The notes: generated by a model from the letters alone, not told the origin. A stretch of DNA of 30,387 nucleotides from Priapulus caudatus (GCF_000485595.1 NW_014577087.1:544303-574689), one strand, 5' to 3'. Positions 1-10,528 are shown, numbered from the stretch's first letter. Program-made: numbers and translations.

Positions 1-103
1 AAATCAATTAATTCGAATATAGATGAAATTAACTCAAAACAGCGTGATCTAGATGGTCGGCAGTAGAACGTTGGACGTTCACGATGTTTTTGCGTGTTTG
101 TAG

Positions 104-203
104 AATGGAGACATGTCATGTGCAACGGTGCAATGCCCGTCCCTGGATTGTCCCTCGGAAAGGCAGGTGTTGTGGCACGACAGGTGCTGCACGGAATGTC
201 TGA
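104..203 (+). CDS. KCP/BMPER-like gene, internal exon A (C-terminal half of a VWC/CR domain)
   Basis: Acceptor tttttgcgtgtttgtag|, donor a|gtgagt. Translates NGDMSCATVQCPSLDCPSERQVLWHDRCCTECL, matching the VWC C-x4-C-x4-C...CCxxC pattern. Ends in phase 1. Upstream exons lie outside the window. Confidence 0.9.
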
Positions 204-209
204 GTGAGT

Positions 210-324
210 ACACGCATGCATGCACGCACCCACGCACGCACGCACGCACGCATACATGCACGCATTATCGTACGCACGTACGCACGCACGCACGCTCGTA
301 CGCACGTACGCACGCACGCACGTA

Positions 325-356
<32 letters not shown>

Positions 357-848
357 CGTACGTACGCAGGCACGCACGCACGCACGTACACACGCATGCA
401 CGCACGCACGCTCATACGCACGTACGCACGCACGCATGCACGTACGCACGCGCGTACGCACATACGTACACACGCATGCACGCACGCACGCTCGTACGCA
501 CGTACGCACGCACGTACGCACGTACGTACACACGCATGCACGCACGCACGCTCGTACGCACGTACGTAGGCATGTACGCACGTACGTACATACGTACACA
601 CGCATGCACGCACGCACGCTCGTACGCTAGCACGTACGCACGCACGCACGTACGCACGTACGCACGCACGTACGCACGCACGTACGTGCACACGCATGCA
701 CACACGCACGCTCGTACGCACGTACGTACGCCTGTACGCACGCACGTACGCACGTATACGTACACACGCATGCACGCACGCACGCTCGTACGCACGTACG
801 CACGTACGCACGTACGAACGCACGCACGCACGCACGCACGCACGTACG
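210..848. repeat. compound (CACG/TACG)n microsatellite at the start of intron A
   Basis: Continuous cacgcacg/cgtacg repeats starting just after the donor. Confidence 0.95.
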
Positions 849-1167
849 TTATATGATCACGTTTATATTGTAAAACACGTTTATATTATAAAATCAAGTA
901 GAAACGGGAAAAAAACAAGAGCACGTTTGCGTGTGTGCTGTGAAGCGGACGTCCGCGTGATTATCACGTCGCAATCTGATTCAATCTTCGCAAATGTAAA
1001 ATATAGATGAACACGCTCCCGCGATAACCACACATGCCGCTTCCGTATATATCTGTGAAATCTAGATCTAGGCGTATCTATAGCATAGTATAGCTTACGT
1101 ATTTCTTATGGCGGCATATCCTCTTATGGAACCGGATGTTACGTAATGCACGTTGCATTTATTTTAG

Positions 1168-1313
1168 ATACTAGCTGCGTTCATGATGGAAACATATACG
1201 AGAGTGGGGAGAGCTTCGTTTCAGCCGGAGATCCCTGCACACGATGTAACTGTGACGGTGGAAATGTCTCCTGTGCGTCAATCACGTGCCCGAATATCAG
1301 AACATGCCCTCAG
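1168..1313 (+). CDS. KCP/BMPER-like gene, exon B (VWC domain)
   Basis: Acceptor tttattttag|, donor cag|gtatga. Phase-1 join gives (N)TSCVHDGNIYESGESFVSAGDPCTRCNCDGGNVSCASITCPNIRTCPQ, with the VWC CxxCxC motif. This frame is absent from the ORF track. Confidence 0.92.
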
Positions 1314-1319
1314 GTATGA

Positions 1320-1558
1320 TGTGTGCGTGTGCGTGTGCGTGTGCGTGTGCGTGTGCGTGTGCGTGTGCGTGTGCGTGTGCGTGTGCGTGTGAGTGTGAGT
1401 GTGCGTGTGCGCGTGCATGTGTGTGTATGTGTGTACATGTGCGTGTGCGCGTGTGTGTACGTGCGTGTGCATGCGTACGTGCGTGCGTGCGTGTGCGTGT
1501 GCGTGTGCGTGTGCGTGTGCGTGTGCGTGTGCGTGTGCGTGTGCGTGTACGCGCGCGT
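1320..1558. repeat. (GTGTGC)n microsatellite at the start of intron B
   Basis: Perfect and degenerate gtgtgc hexamers. Confidence 0.95.
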
Positions 1559-2300
1559 ACTAGTTTATGCCGGTGAGCGCCGAATCTGAGCGCTTTGTCA
1601 GAAGTCAAATGTAAAGCACAGCTATCACATGAGATACTGTACATGTGATGGTGGTATGGTGCAAACCCTAGTGTAGACGAACATCGCGCTAAACATACTT
1701 ACAGATGAAAAGTAAGGCAAAGGAGTATTTCCTTACATGCAATATGTAAACGTGCATGACTAATTCAACGGTCCATGCCATTATTATTGATTCTAGAACG
1801 TTACGTTAGAGTATAACATAGACGTTTACTACCGTACGCAGCATAATATATGCAGAACCCACGTAGACACGTTCTATGTACATCACTATTCGATACATGG
1901 GTAGGCTTTCTATGTTGAACGTTGGCATACCTCAACACAGACGTATATCTTAGTACACCTAAGCACAAAGGACTCATGTACGTAATCTCGCATTCGACCT
2001 GGCCGCTTAGAGATCAGGATGGTGTACTTTACATACAGAGACCAGGTCAACGGCCATACAAAGCTAATGTACCTTACTCATACACAATGAAGAGCTAATG
2101 GAATATGTTCGTGGTAGTGAGCGATGTAACTAGTTCGCAAAATGCAGGTGAAGCCGCATTTAGCCACGTGATCCCACAGCGTCAACGTTATGGAGTGTGA
2201 CGGATCATGATCATATCACTGAGAATATACCACCACTTACCCGTGTAGCATGTCTTCGTATATCATGTTTACCCGAGTTGATACGGGAAGAACATAAAAT

Positions 2301-2657
2301 GTATTATTTTTGCGGTATATAAGACGCATCGGCGTATAGGACGCACCCTAAATCTCTCATGAAATATGCGGATAAATATAATTGTTTCTTTCCATGTAGT
2401 TTTATACAATGCTTATAAATACCGCAATCGAACACAAATGAGAGTATAATTGGTAATGACTCGAGGGGGACGATTTTTAGTTCAGTTGCTTGTGGCGGGG
2501 CAACGATGGTTCTAGTGTTTTAATTGCGATACGGGTGGATACCAAGATCTCAAGCTGAACCGCCCAAATTTGTTCTTCATTATATAGGGCGCATGGTGGT
2601 CATGAGCGTCAAATCTTGTTTAAAAAAAATATGCGTCTTCTATATCGCAAAATACGG
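2301..2657. mobile_element. MITE / non-autonomous DNA transposon (Tc1-mariner/pogo-type CCGTA termini) in intron B
   Basis: Imperfect terminal inverted repeats: tatttttgcggtatataagacgcat (2305-2329) and atgcgtcttctatatcgcaaaatacgg (2631-2657). Internal repeat of the tata(a/g)gacgca motif at about 2335-2346. The left end is eroded and no clean TSD is visible. Confidence 0.65.
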
Positions 2658-2712
2658 CACGTGTGTCGTGAGTGCGACACATGATAATGATCACGGGTCG
2701 TCGTTATTGCAG

Positions 2713-3311
2713 GGGCAAGTGACGGGTCTGCGACCGGGCGACTGTTGCGACACGTGCATCCGGCGACCGGCACGCTGTCTCACCTACGGCATGCAGCAGT
2801 ACGTTACCTACGACGCCTACACGGCGACGCTGCCGCGCAGCCACTGCCCCCTGGTGCTGACCGAGTCGTGCGAGAACGCCGCCGGCTTCCAAGTGCTGCT
2901 CGAATTCCAGCGGCCGCGACTCAACCTCTTCGAATCGCTCTTCGGAGAAGCGGCGGCGACGCGTCGGAGCGAGCGGGCGGCGACGCGCCGGAAGTCGCGG
3001 CGGAGGCAGCGCATTAATCCGTCGGACGTGTCCGAGATGAGCGTGCGGATCTACTTTTCGAACTACACGATCCTGCTTAGCGAACGTCGGCAGATCCTCG
3101 TCAACGGCTGGTCGGTGGCGCTGCCGTACGACGGCGGTACTATTAGCGTGTCGGAGGAAGGCACGCTGCTGGTGCTCGGCCTGCGGCCAGGCGTCACGCT
3201 GCGATGGGATGGCAGCCATTACGTTGAAGTGGAGGTGCAGGGTTACCACGGCAACGGCACGTGCGGCCTGTGCGGAAACTTCAACGGAAATCAGACGGAC
3301 GATGCCGATAG
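2713..3311 (+). CDS. KCP/BMPER-like gene, exon C (end of last VWC plus von Willebrand factor type D domain)
   Basis: Acceptor ttattgcag|, donor ag|gtaaaa. GQVTGLRPGDCCDTC closes the VWC. CLTYGMQQYVTYD...VNG...LPY...WDG...VEV...TCGLCGNFNGNQTDD is the VWD signature. High GC3. Confidence 0.95.
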
Positions 3312-3324
3312 GTAAAACTCGCGG

Positions 3325-3665
3325 CGAGTGAGTGTGCGCGCGGATGAGGGTGCGTGCGAGTGAGTGTGCGTGTGTGCGAGTGAGTGTGCGCGTGTGAGTG
3401 AGGGTGCGTGCGAGTGAGTGTGCGTGTGTGCGGGTGAGTGTGCGTACGAGTGAGTGTGCGTGCGAGTGAGTGCGAGTGAGTGTTGGTGTGAGTGAGTGAG
3501 TGTGCATGCGAGTGAGTGTGCGTGCGAGTGAGGGTGCGTGTGACTGAGTGTGGGTGTGAGTGAGTGAGTGTGCATGCGAGTGAGTGTGCGCGCGAGTGAG
3601 GGTGCGTATGAGTGAGTGTGCCTGTGAGTGAGTGTGCGGGTGAGTGAGTGCGCGTGCGAGTGAAT
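3325..3665. repeat. (GAGT/GTGC)n compound microsatellite at the start of intron C
   Basis: gagtgagtgtgcgtgc-type repeats. Confidence 0.93.
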
Positions 3666-3905
3666 GCAAACACAAACGCCATAGGGTGTGTATTAATGAC
3701 TTAACTAAATGCAAAACTAGTATGAGTGAGTGTGCGTGTGAGTGAGGGAACTAATGCATTTAACAATGCATTCGAACAATTTTAACCCAATTCTTTGCCT
3801 AAACGTTGACGCCTGGACCATGTGGAGACCTGGGAAATCATACTAATCGTGTGTATAGATTATCTATACACTGTAAGTTAGTTGGTTGTATTTGCTTTGC
3901 CGCAG

Positions 3906-4032
3906 AGAGTTCAGCAATAGCTTGCAGCCACGGCAAGGCAGCGGCATTGACGAGAAAGACTGCCAATCTAGAAGGTTGAGAAAATGTCGACCTAAGAAGC
4001 GCATGAAGGCGTCATGCGAGATGCTGCGTCAG
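3906..4032 (+). CDS. KCP/BMPER-like gene, exon D (VWD-C8 linker, start of C8)
   Basis: Acceptor ttgctttgccgcag|, donor cag|gtacag. Phase-2 join gives (R)EFSNSLQPRQGSGIDEKDCQSRRLRKCRPKKRMKASCEMLRQ. Confidence 0.88.
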
Positions 4033-4289
4033 GTACAGCAAACGCCACGGCATTATTCGGGAAAATTTACACGGATTGTTTGAATCGGCCCGCCCTATAT
4101 ATATTTTGTAACCCACGCCGAGAACATTGTTTCACGAGTCCTGCGTAGATTCCACACTGACTAGAAAATCAATCGATTTTGATGAATTTCCATTACGATG
4201 TTCAGGTGGGCCTACTCGCAGCACACTGTGGATATATAGAGGGTCATTCGTTGTTTCAATTACACATCAACCCGTCATTCAATGAGCTT

Positions 4290-4575
4290 TATCTATCTCA
4301 CACAACCTCAAACTAAGTCCTTCTCTCATAGAACCTTACACTAAATCTATCTCTTACACAACCTCAAACTATCTTCATCTCTTATAGAATTCCCGTTAAA
4401 TCCATCTCTTACCGAAGCTCACACTATCTCCACCTCGCACAGACTCTAAACTCGCAGAACCCAACAATAAATCCATCTCTTACAGAACCTCGCAATATCT
4501 CCAAGTCTCAGTCACTCTAACACTAACTCCATATCTTAGTGAACCTTACACTCACTTCATCTCTTGCAGAACCTG
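4290..4575 (+). repeat. degenerate ~28-bp minisatellite overlapping the exon E acceptor
   Basis: About 10 units like atctcttacagaacctcacactaaatcc. The final unit is the real acceptor atctcttgcag|aacct. Confidence 0.8.
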
Positions 4576-4750
4576 ATCTTCCGGCCCGCGCACCAGTTCG
4601 TCAGCCCCGGTCCGTACGTGTCGGCGTGTAAGCAGGCGAGCTGCATGTCGAAGAACCCACAGCGCGGGGTGTGTGACGTTATGGCAGCGTACGCGCGCGA
4701 GGTCCGTCAACACGGATTCATCGTGGAGTGGAGGGAGATGGCCGACTGCG
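4570..4750 (+). CDS. KCP/BMPER-like gene, exon E (C8 domain)
   Basis: Acceptor atctcttgcag|, donor g|gtaagc. NLIFRPAHQFVSPGPYVSACKQASC...VCDVMAAYAREVRQHGFIVEWREMADC matches the C8 F..xH..V.P..Y...C....C...AYA.....G....WR....C pattern. Confidence 0.92.
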
Positions 4751-4916
4751 GTAAGCCGTCGTGTAGATGTGGTGGTGATGAGGGGGTGGGGCGGCGGACT
4801 GCGGTAAGCCGTCGTGTAGACGTGGTGGTGATGAGGGGGTGGGGCGGCGGACTGCGGTAAGCCGTCGTGTAGACGTGGTAGTGATGAGGGGGTGGGGCGG
4901 CGGACTGCGGTAAGCC
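4744..4916 (+). repeat. 53-bp tandem repeat (3 units plus partial) containing the exon E donor
   Basis: gactgcggtaagcc starts at 4744, 4797, 4850 and 4903 (period 53). Units are near-identical. Confidence 0.95.
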
Positions 4917-4972
4917 CGCATGTAATTCACTTAAACTTTCTCTCATTACATACTTCTCCTGCGTTGTTCTAG

Positions 4973-5160
4973 TTATCGACTGTCCGACCAATGCGACATT
5001 CATGGAATGCGGACCAGAGTGTCACAGATCATGCGACCAGCTGCACTCGACCGACACCTGCTACAGCTACGGATGCGTGCCAGGCTGCTTCTGCGACGCC
5101 GGCTACATCCAGGACGACGACAAGTGTATTCCCACGGACCAGTGTCCCGATGCGTCATGA
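4973..5160 (+). CDS. KCP/BMPER-like gene, terminal coding exon F (TIL domain, stop)
   Basis: Acceptor ttgttctag|. Phase-1 join gives (V)IDCPTNATFMECGPECHRSCDQLHSTDTCYSYGCVPGCFCDAGYIQDDDKCIPTDQCPDAS*, a 10-Cys TIL domain. TGA at 5158-5160. Confidence 0.95.
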
Positions 5161-6239
5161 CAGGCTCCGTCTCCGTAGCTCAGTAGCGCGTATATAGATG
5201 AGAGCAACGATAGTTGGAACAGCCGTGACGGCGACGTGCGGCTAGCGAGCATTTCGCGCCGTACCGTCGCGGATTAGACACGAGATGACGACGATCGATG
5301 ACGTCACGCTTGTAAGAAAGATGGCGGCGATTCTCGGCGGGCAGGTGACTGAGGTATCGGATTCGCCGGAGAACGCCGGCGTATTACGTGTTGGAATCGA
5401 TTGCGGTGTAATAGGGTAGTAGAGAGCGCGTGACGACGTCGCCGAGACATGAGTAATCAGCAGAGCGGTGATTTAATCTTAATTGCGAGCTAAATTATGA
5501 GTTTTCCTCACCGTACTACGTGTGCTTATCACACTACCGCTGTCAATGTGGCCGCCTATTCTGGCGGTTGTTGGTAAGCTGTTCGGGCATGATAAACGAG
5601 TTGCGTATATTTGTCTGTGAACTGTGATAACATTCCATTGAGGTGCTACCTAGGTTAATGATGTACATTGAATGTAAGTATACGCACTGTTCAAACTCTA
5701 CAACGATACAGCTTTTATTAGACTCGAATTTGATATAGCTGGAGAATAATAATATGCACAGTATTATACGGACCAATTTTAAAATGTTAACATTATATGA
5801 TTTAACCGTAAGGTATATGTATTTGAACTCATGACGCTAGCTGCTATGATGCCAACTAGGACTTATGAGGGCTGCCGGGATAGCTCATGTTTTTCCTGGG
5901 AAAGAACCGAATTGAGTATTAATTAGAAGAGTCTAGTTGTGGTTATAAAAAAAACCAGAAAGAGAAGTAGCAATAAGCGCGTTATTTCAATAAGATTCAG
6001 TGCAGTTAACATAATTATATCACGTGGTTATGAGTATAGGCTTCCACATGGCGTTGGGGAGGGGGAAATTACATGATGAACGCGAGAGGGAATAATCCTC
6101 AGTATAGTTGTGAGATCGATTACGTAATTAGAAGGGCAGACGTGAATCTATCGTATGAGACAGGTCACTTCGACCAGCGATCTTTAACTAATGCATTGAT
6201 CCCCTCAACTATGTGTAAATAGAAACTTCATAAAACTGT

Positions 6240-6245
6240 AATAAA
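6240..6245 (+). terminator. candidate polyadenylation signal (AATAAA) of the KCP/BMPER-like gene
   Basis: First canonical AATAAA I found after the stop codon, implying a 3' UTR of about 1.1 kb. No transcript evidence. Confidence 0.35.
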
Positions 6246-7248
6246 CGTGTACATGAAAATGTTCGCGAGATGTTAATGAAATGTGTAGTAACACATTATT
6301 CGCTACAACTATAGTCACCCTAACAGTCGTTACTTAACGACATCATGTCCGTATCTTCGTCGTACAATGTATCGCCACGTGTTATCTGCGCGGCTTGGTT
6401 GTACACGCAGTACTACATTGTGCACGTACCATGCTATTTCAAAGTATTTGCCACGATCAATTTCGCTTTTTGACATACATAACCGCGCGCAAAAAAACGC
6501 TTCACCGTATGATTATATGCCGGTAATTTCATTATTAGCGATGATACGGTTACACCATGCCCTGTGGGCTTCGTAACGTTAGCTATAATTAAACATCGCT
6601 AACTACAGATGATAGATAGCTCACTCATAGTAACACCGTGGAAACTGGAACGAGAGAAAACACAATTAACTGTGACCGAAACAGTGCATATAACTAACGA
6701 AAGAACAAGTCTACAGTAAAACAACACATATACCTAACAGTGAATTACAACATTCCCACTTGTAAAAAAAATTACATCACTAACCGCGAAACAGTAAACC
6801 AACTGCGAAAGAAAATTTGACGAAACAGGAAGTAACTTAGGTAAAAACAACATATGACTTACACGCGCTTAGTATATCATGACATCGATTCTTCAGATTA
6901 GCCTGATTTATTGCATGTCAATTCAATTTACCGATTTTAAGGAACCGATTCCGTGCATATCGATTCAAAATACCGATTGTATATATATCGTTTCAAGGTA
7001 TCAATTCTACACATACTGATTGAATCGCATCTGAAATGTTCACTGTCGGCGTTAAACGAAGTTATTGCCTCCAACACAGTTTGTTTGAAGTCACAGCGCG
7101 TGGGAGCAGCTAGAAACGAACCTAACATTACGGCATAGCAAAACGCGCAGCTTTCGAAACCTTAAACTGAGCTTGTTCTTATAGCCTCTGGCGAAATGTT
7201 TCTTGGATAATGCGCTCTTATATGATATCATACATAGACACACACGCG

Positions 7249-7253
<5 letters not shown>

Positions 7254-7296
<43 letters not shown>
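7254..7296. repeat. (TA)n microsatellite
   Basis: Pure TA run. Confidence 0.95.
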
Positions 7297-7297
<1 letters not shown>

Positions 7298-8504
7298 CAT
7301 ACGCCTATACTAGTCGATAACGGCATACACTCGGTAGTATTAGTAGCGACCTATACAGAATGACGCTATTGCTCCTTGCATGCACAATATTTTCAGTGCT
7401 GTGTAGGAGTATAGTAGTAGCCATGTGTTTACTGTCCTAATAACGAACGATTATGTCACAGGTGACTTATGAAAACAATTCCGCGATGAGAGACGGATGG
7501 AGTTTGGAGATGACGGAGATGGAGAGAATTTCGATGAAAAATCATTAACAATTATAGTAATTAAAATTATATCGAATTAATCAAGTAAAATTAATGATTA
7601 ATTTTGAATTAATAATCATAATATATTAGATTAACATTATTTTAATGAATTAAATATTTTTTACAACATGCATAAATAATTTTAATTCGTTTTGCTTGTA
7701 AAACAAAACAATATTTCACATCTTGCGGAACACATATGTTGATTTATAGATATTTCTCAATTAAACCACATAGTATAGATATTTTATAGTTATCTCCATA
7801 GCATTCTCTCCGTGAATTGATAATAGTCGAAACGAAATCCTACTCACATCGAATAGGCCGAAGGCAATTTCATTAATTGCATTACATTGAGTTTAAATGC
7901 AGACCGGCAGGAGAAATAACAGCCGAAAGGTTTTTCTCGTAAAGCTGGCATGCAATCAACATTACTCTATTATCTGTGTTTTTTTCGTGTGCGCCCGTTT
8001 ATTGTTCTGGGATTTAAAGAGAGGCTTAGACTGGCATGGTTTACAAAATCAATCTAAACTACGCAACCTTTAACATACCTAACATGACAAAGATGGTGAG
8101 GATTAGTTACGTACAATCCTTTTTTCTTCCGCCGCCTCCCCTCTCTCTCTCCCTACATCTTCCTTCCTCGCAAATGCTCTATCGCTCACTCTCTTCCTCC
8201 CCCTTCTCTCCACATATATACATATATGTATATATATATACGTTAGGTACACACGGTATACGGCAGCATATTCTAACCGCGACCTTACTAGCTGTGAAGC
8301 CCGAGAATAAACGTTCTTTCTTGTTTACATTAATGAGAGGCGTCTTTGTCGAGCCGACAAAAAACACAGAACCCGATGCGTTGAATAGGGCCAGAACGTG
8401 ACGATTTGCATAGACATTGACGCGCGCTATCGCCTTGCCACCAATCAAAGCCACAGAGACAATACCATTACAAAGACACGACTGCCAGACTCCCCATAAC
8501 AGTT

Positions 8505-8640
8505 ATAATGATTTAATTAATGACTTAATAAGGGACAAATATGGCTAGAGAGAGAGAGAGAGAGAGATGAAGGGGAGAGAAACAGAGCGAGGGAGATAAT
8601 GATTTAATTAATGACTTAATAAGGGACAAATATGGCTAGA
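8505..8640. repeat. 45-bp direct repeat (period 91) with a GA-rich spacer, running into the gap
   Basis: ataatgatttaattaatgacttaataagggacaaatatggctaga at 8505-8549 and 8596-8640. Confidence 0.9.
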
Positions 8641-9435
8641 NNNNNNNNNNNNNNNNNNNNNNNNNNNNNNNNNNNNNNNNNNNNNNNNNNNNNNNNNNNN
8701 NNNNNNNNNNNNNNNNNNNNNNNNNNNNNNNNNNNNNNNNNNNNNNNNNNNNNNNNNNNNNNNNNNNNNNNNNNNNNNNNNNNNNNNNNNNNNNNNNNNN
8801 NNNNNNNNNNNNNNNNNNNNNNNNNNNNNNNNNNNNNNNNNNNNNNNNNNNNNNNNNNNNNNNNNNNNNNNNNNNNNNNNNNNNNNNNNNNNNNNNNNNN
8901 NNNNNNNNNNNNNNNNNNNNNNNNNNNNNNNNNNNNNNNNNNNNNNNNNNNNNNNNNNNNNNNNNNNNNNNNNNNNNNNNNNNNNNNNNNNNNNNNNNNN
9001 NNNNNNNNNNNNNNNNNNNNNNNNNNNNNNNNNNNNNNNNNNNNNNNNNNNNNNNNNNNNNNNNNNNNNNNNNNNNNNNNNNNNNNNNNNNNNNNNNNNN
9101 NNNNNNNNNNNNNNNNNNNNNNNNNNNNNNNNNNNNNNNNNNNNNNNNNNNNNNNNNNNNNNNNNNNNNNNNNNNNNNNNNNNNNNNNNNNNNNNNNNNN
9201 NNNNNNNNNNNNNNNNNNNNNNNNNNNNNNNNNNNNNNNNNNNNNNNNNNNNNNNNNNNNNNNNNNNNNNNNNNNNNNNNNNNNNNNNNNNNNNNNNNNN
9301 NNNNNNNNNNNNNNNNNNNNNNNNNNNNNNNNNNNNNNNNNNNNNNNNNNNNNNNNNNNNNNNNNNNNNNNNNNNNNNNNNNNNNNNNNNNNNNNNNNNN
9401 NNNNNNNNNNNNNNNNNNNNNNNNNNNNNNNNNNN
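8641..9435. other. assembly gap (795 N)
   Basis: N run flanked by tandem repeats. Confidence 1.
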
Positions 9436-9640
9436 CACGCACGCACGCACGTACTCACGCACGCACGCACTCACTTACGCACACACTCACTTACGCACGC
9501 ACGCACGCACGTACTCACGCACGCACGCACTCACTTACGCACACACTCACTTACGCACGCACGCACGCACGTACTCACGCACGCACGCACTCACTTACGC
9601 ACACACTCACTTACGCACGCACGCACGCACGCACGCACAC
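9436..9640. repeat. 60-bp higher-order tandem repeat of CACG/CACT microsatellite units
   Basis: Lines 9481-9540 and 9541-9600 are identical; about 3.3 copies. Confidence 0.93.
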
Positions 9641-9981
9641 CCTCTCACAATCGTGCATATAGACACGATCGCACGCCCACACGCACGCAGGCATGACTAC
9701 ATAAGATATGAGTAGAAACACACCGACAGAGAGAGAGAGGGGTGAGAGGGTACGCGGAAAAAGATAGTCAGAGACCGGCAATATGTTAGCGTTGTTTTGT
9801 GAGAGAAAATATGGAGAGACGGAGAGTAGCTAGTGGAGAGCACTATATATCAACGGATAGAGCGGAAGAAGTGTGAGAGAAAGACAGTGAGCGACACACA
9901 AAGCGAGATACACATGGAGCGGTAGATAGGGGGGATTAATGGAGAGGCAGAGAGCGAGGGAGAGCGATTGATACAGAGAGT

Positions 9982-10019
<38 letters not shown>

Positions 10020-10119
10020 CAGAGAGCGAGGGAGGTTTGCGATCGATGTGATCAGAGATCTGCATCACTACATCCGTACGACGAAAAAAAACTTTCGTCG
10101 GCGTCGACAGAGGCAGGCA

Positions 10120-10528
10120 TGCGCCGATGACGCGTGTGACGTAGGCGGTCGCCCGCGCGCTCGCAGAGGCGTACCACTGCCTCGCCTACCTCCTCCCTCG
10201 GCTTACACCGCCAGAATATTTATAGCAGTACTAGTCCGTCTACACGCAGGTAAAGCAGCTCTACGCACCTCTACGCACTCCGCATATATACATTTACAAA
10301 CGTGTATATATACGCGAATCTATCTATACGCGCAGACGTATATAAATATAACACCTTACCGTTGACGTTATCCGAGAGGAGACTCTATACTGGCGGTGAT
10401 CACTTGTTGACATTGTCAACAACGCGCTGCCAAACAGAATCAATCTGTTCGTGTTCAACTGCGATTTTCTTTCCGTACCTAGCTGCTCTGCCGCAGTACA
10501 CACCGTGATCGCCAATTAACAGGTGAGT
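10120..10528 (+). promoter_or_regulatory. candidate promoter and non-coding 5' exon(s) of a downstream gene
   Basis: CpG-rich stretch with CRE-like TGACG motifs (about 10127-10143). Donor cag|gtaaag at 10250, TATAAATA at 10341, acceptor-like ttttctttccgtacctag (10482) and ctctgccgcag (10496), strong donor cag|gtgagt at 10523. No ATG in 10370-10522. Confidence 0.4.

Noticed and set aside
113..1644. Long His/Thr/Arg/Ala- or Val/Cys-rich ORFs on both strands
   Set aside because: Translations of CACG and GTGTGC microsatellites; only 104-203 and 1168-1313 are exons.
2704..3714. 336-aa minus-strand ORF
   Set aside because: Antisense shadow of the GC-rich VWD exon plus a microsatellite; no domain features.
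5168..5200. tRNA-like ccgtagctcagtag after the stop codon
   Set aside because: Only an A-box-like word; no cloverleaf and no GTTCRA B box.
8608..9696. ORFs of 268-354 aa
   Set aside because: They run through the N gap.
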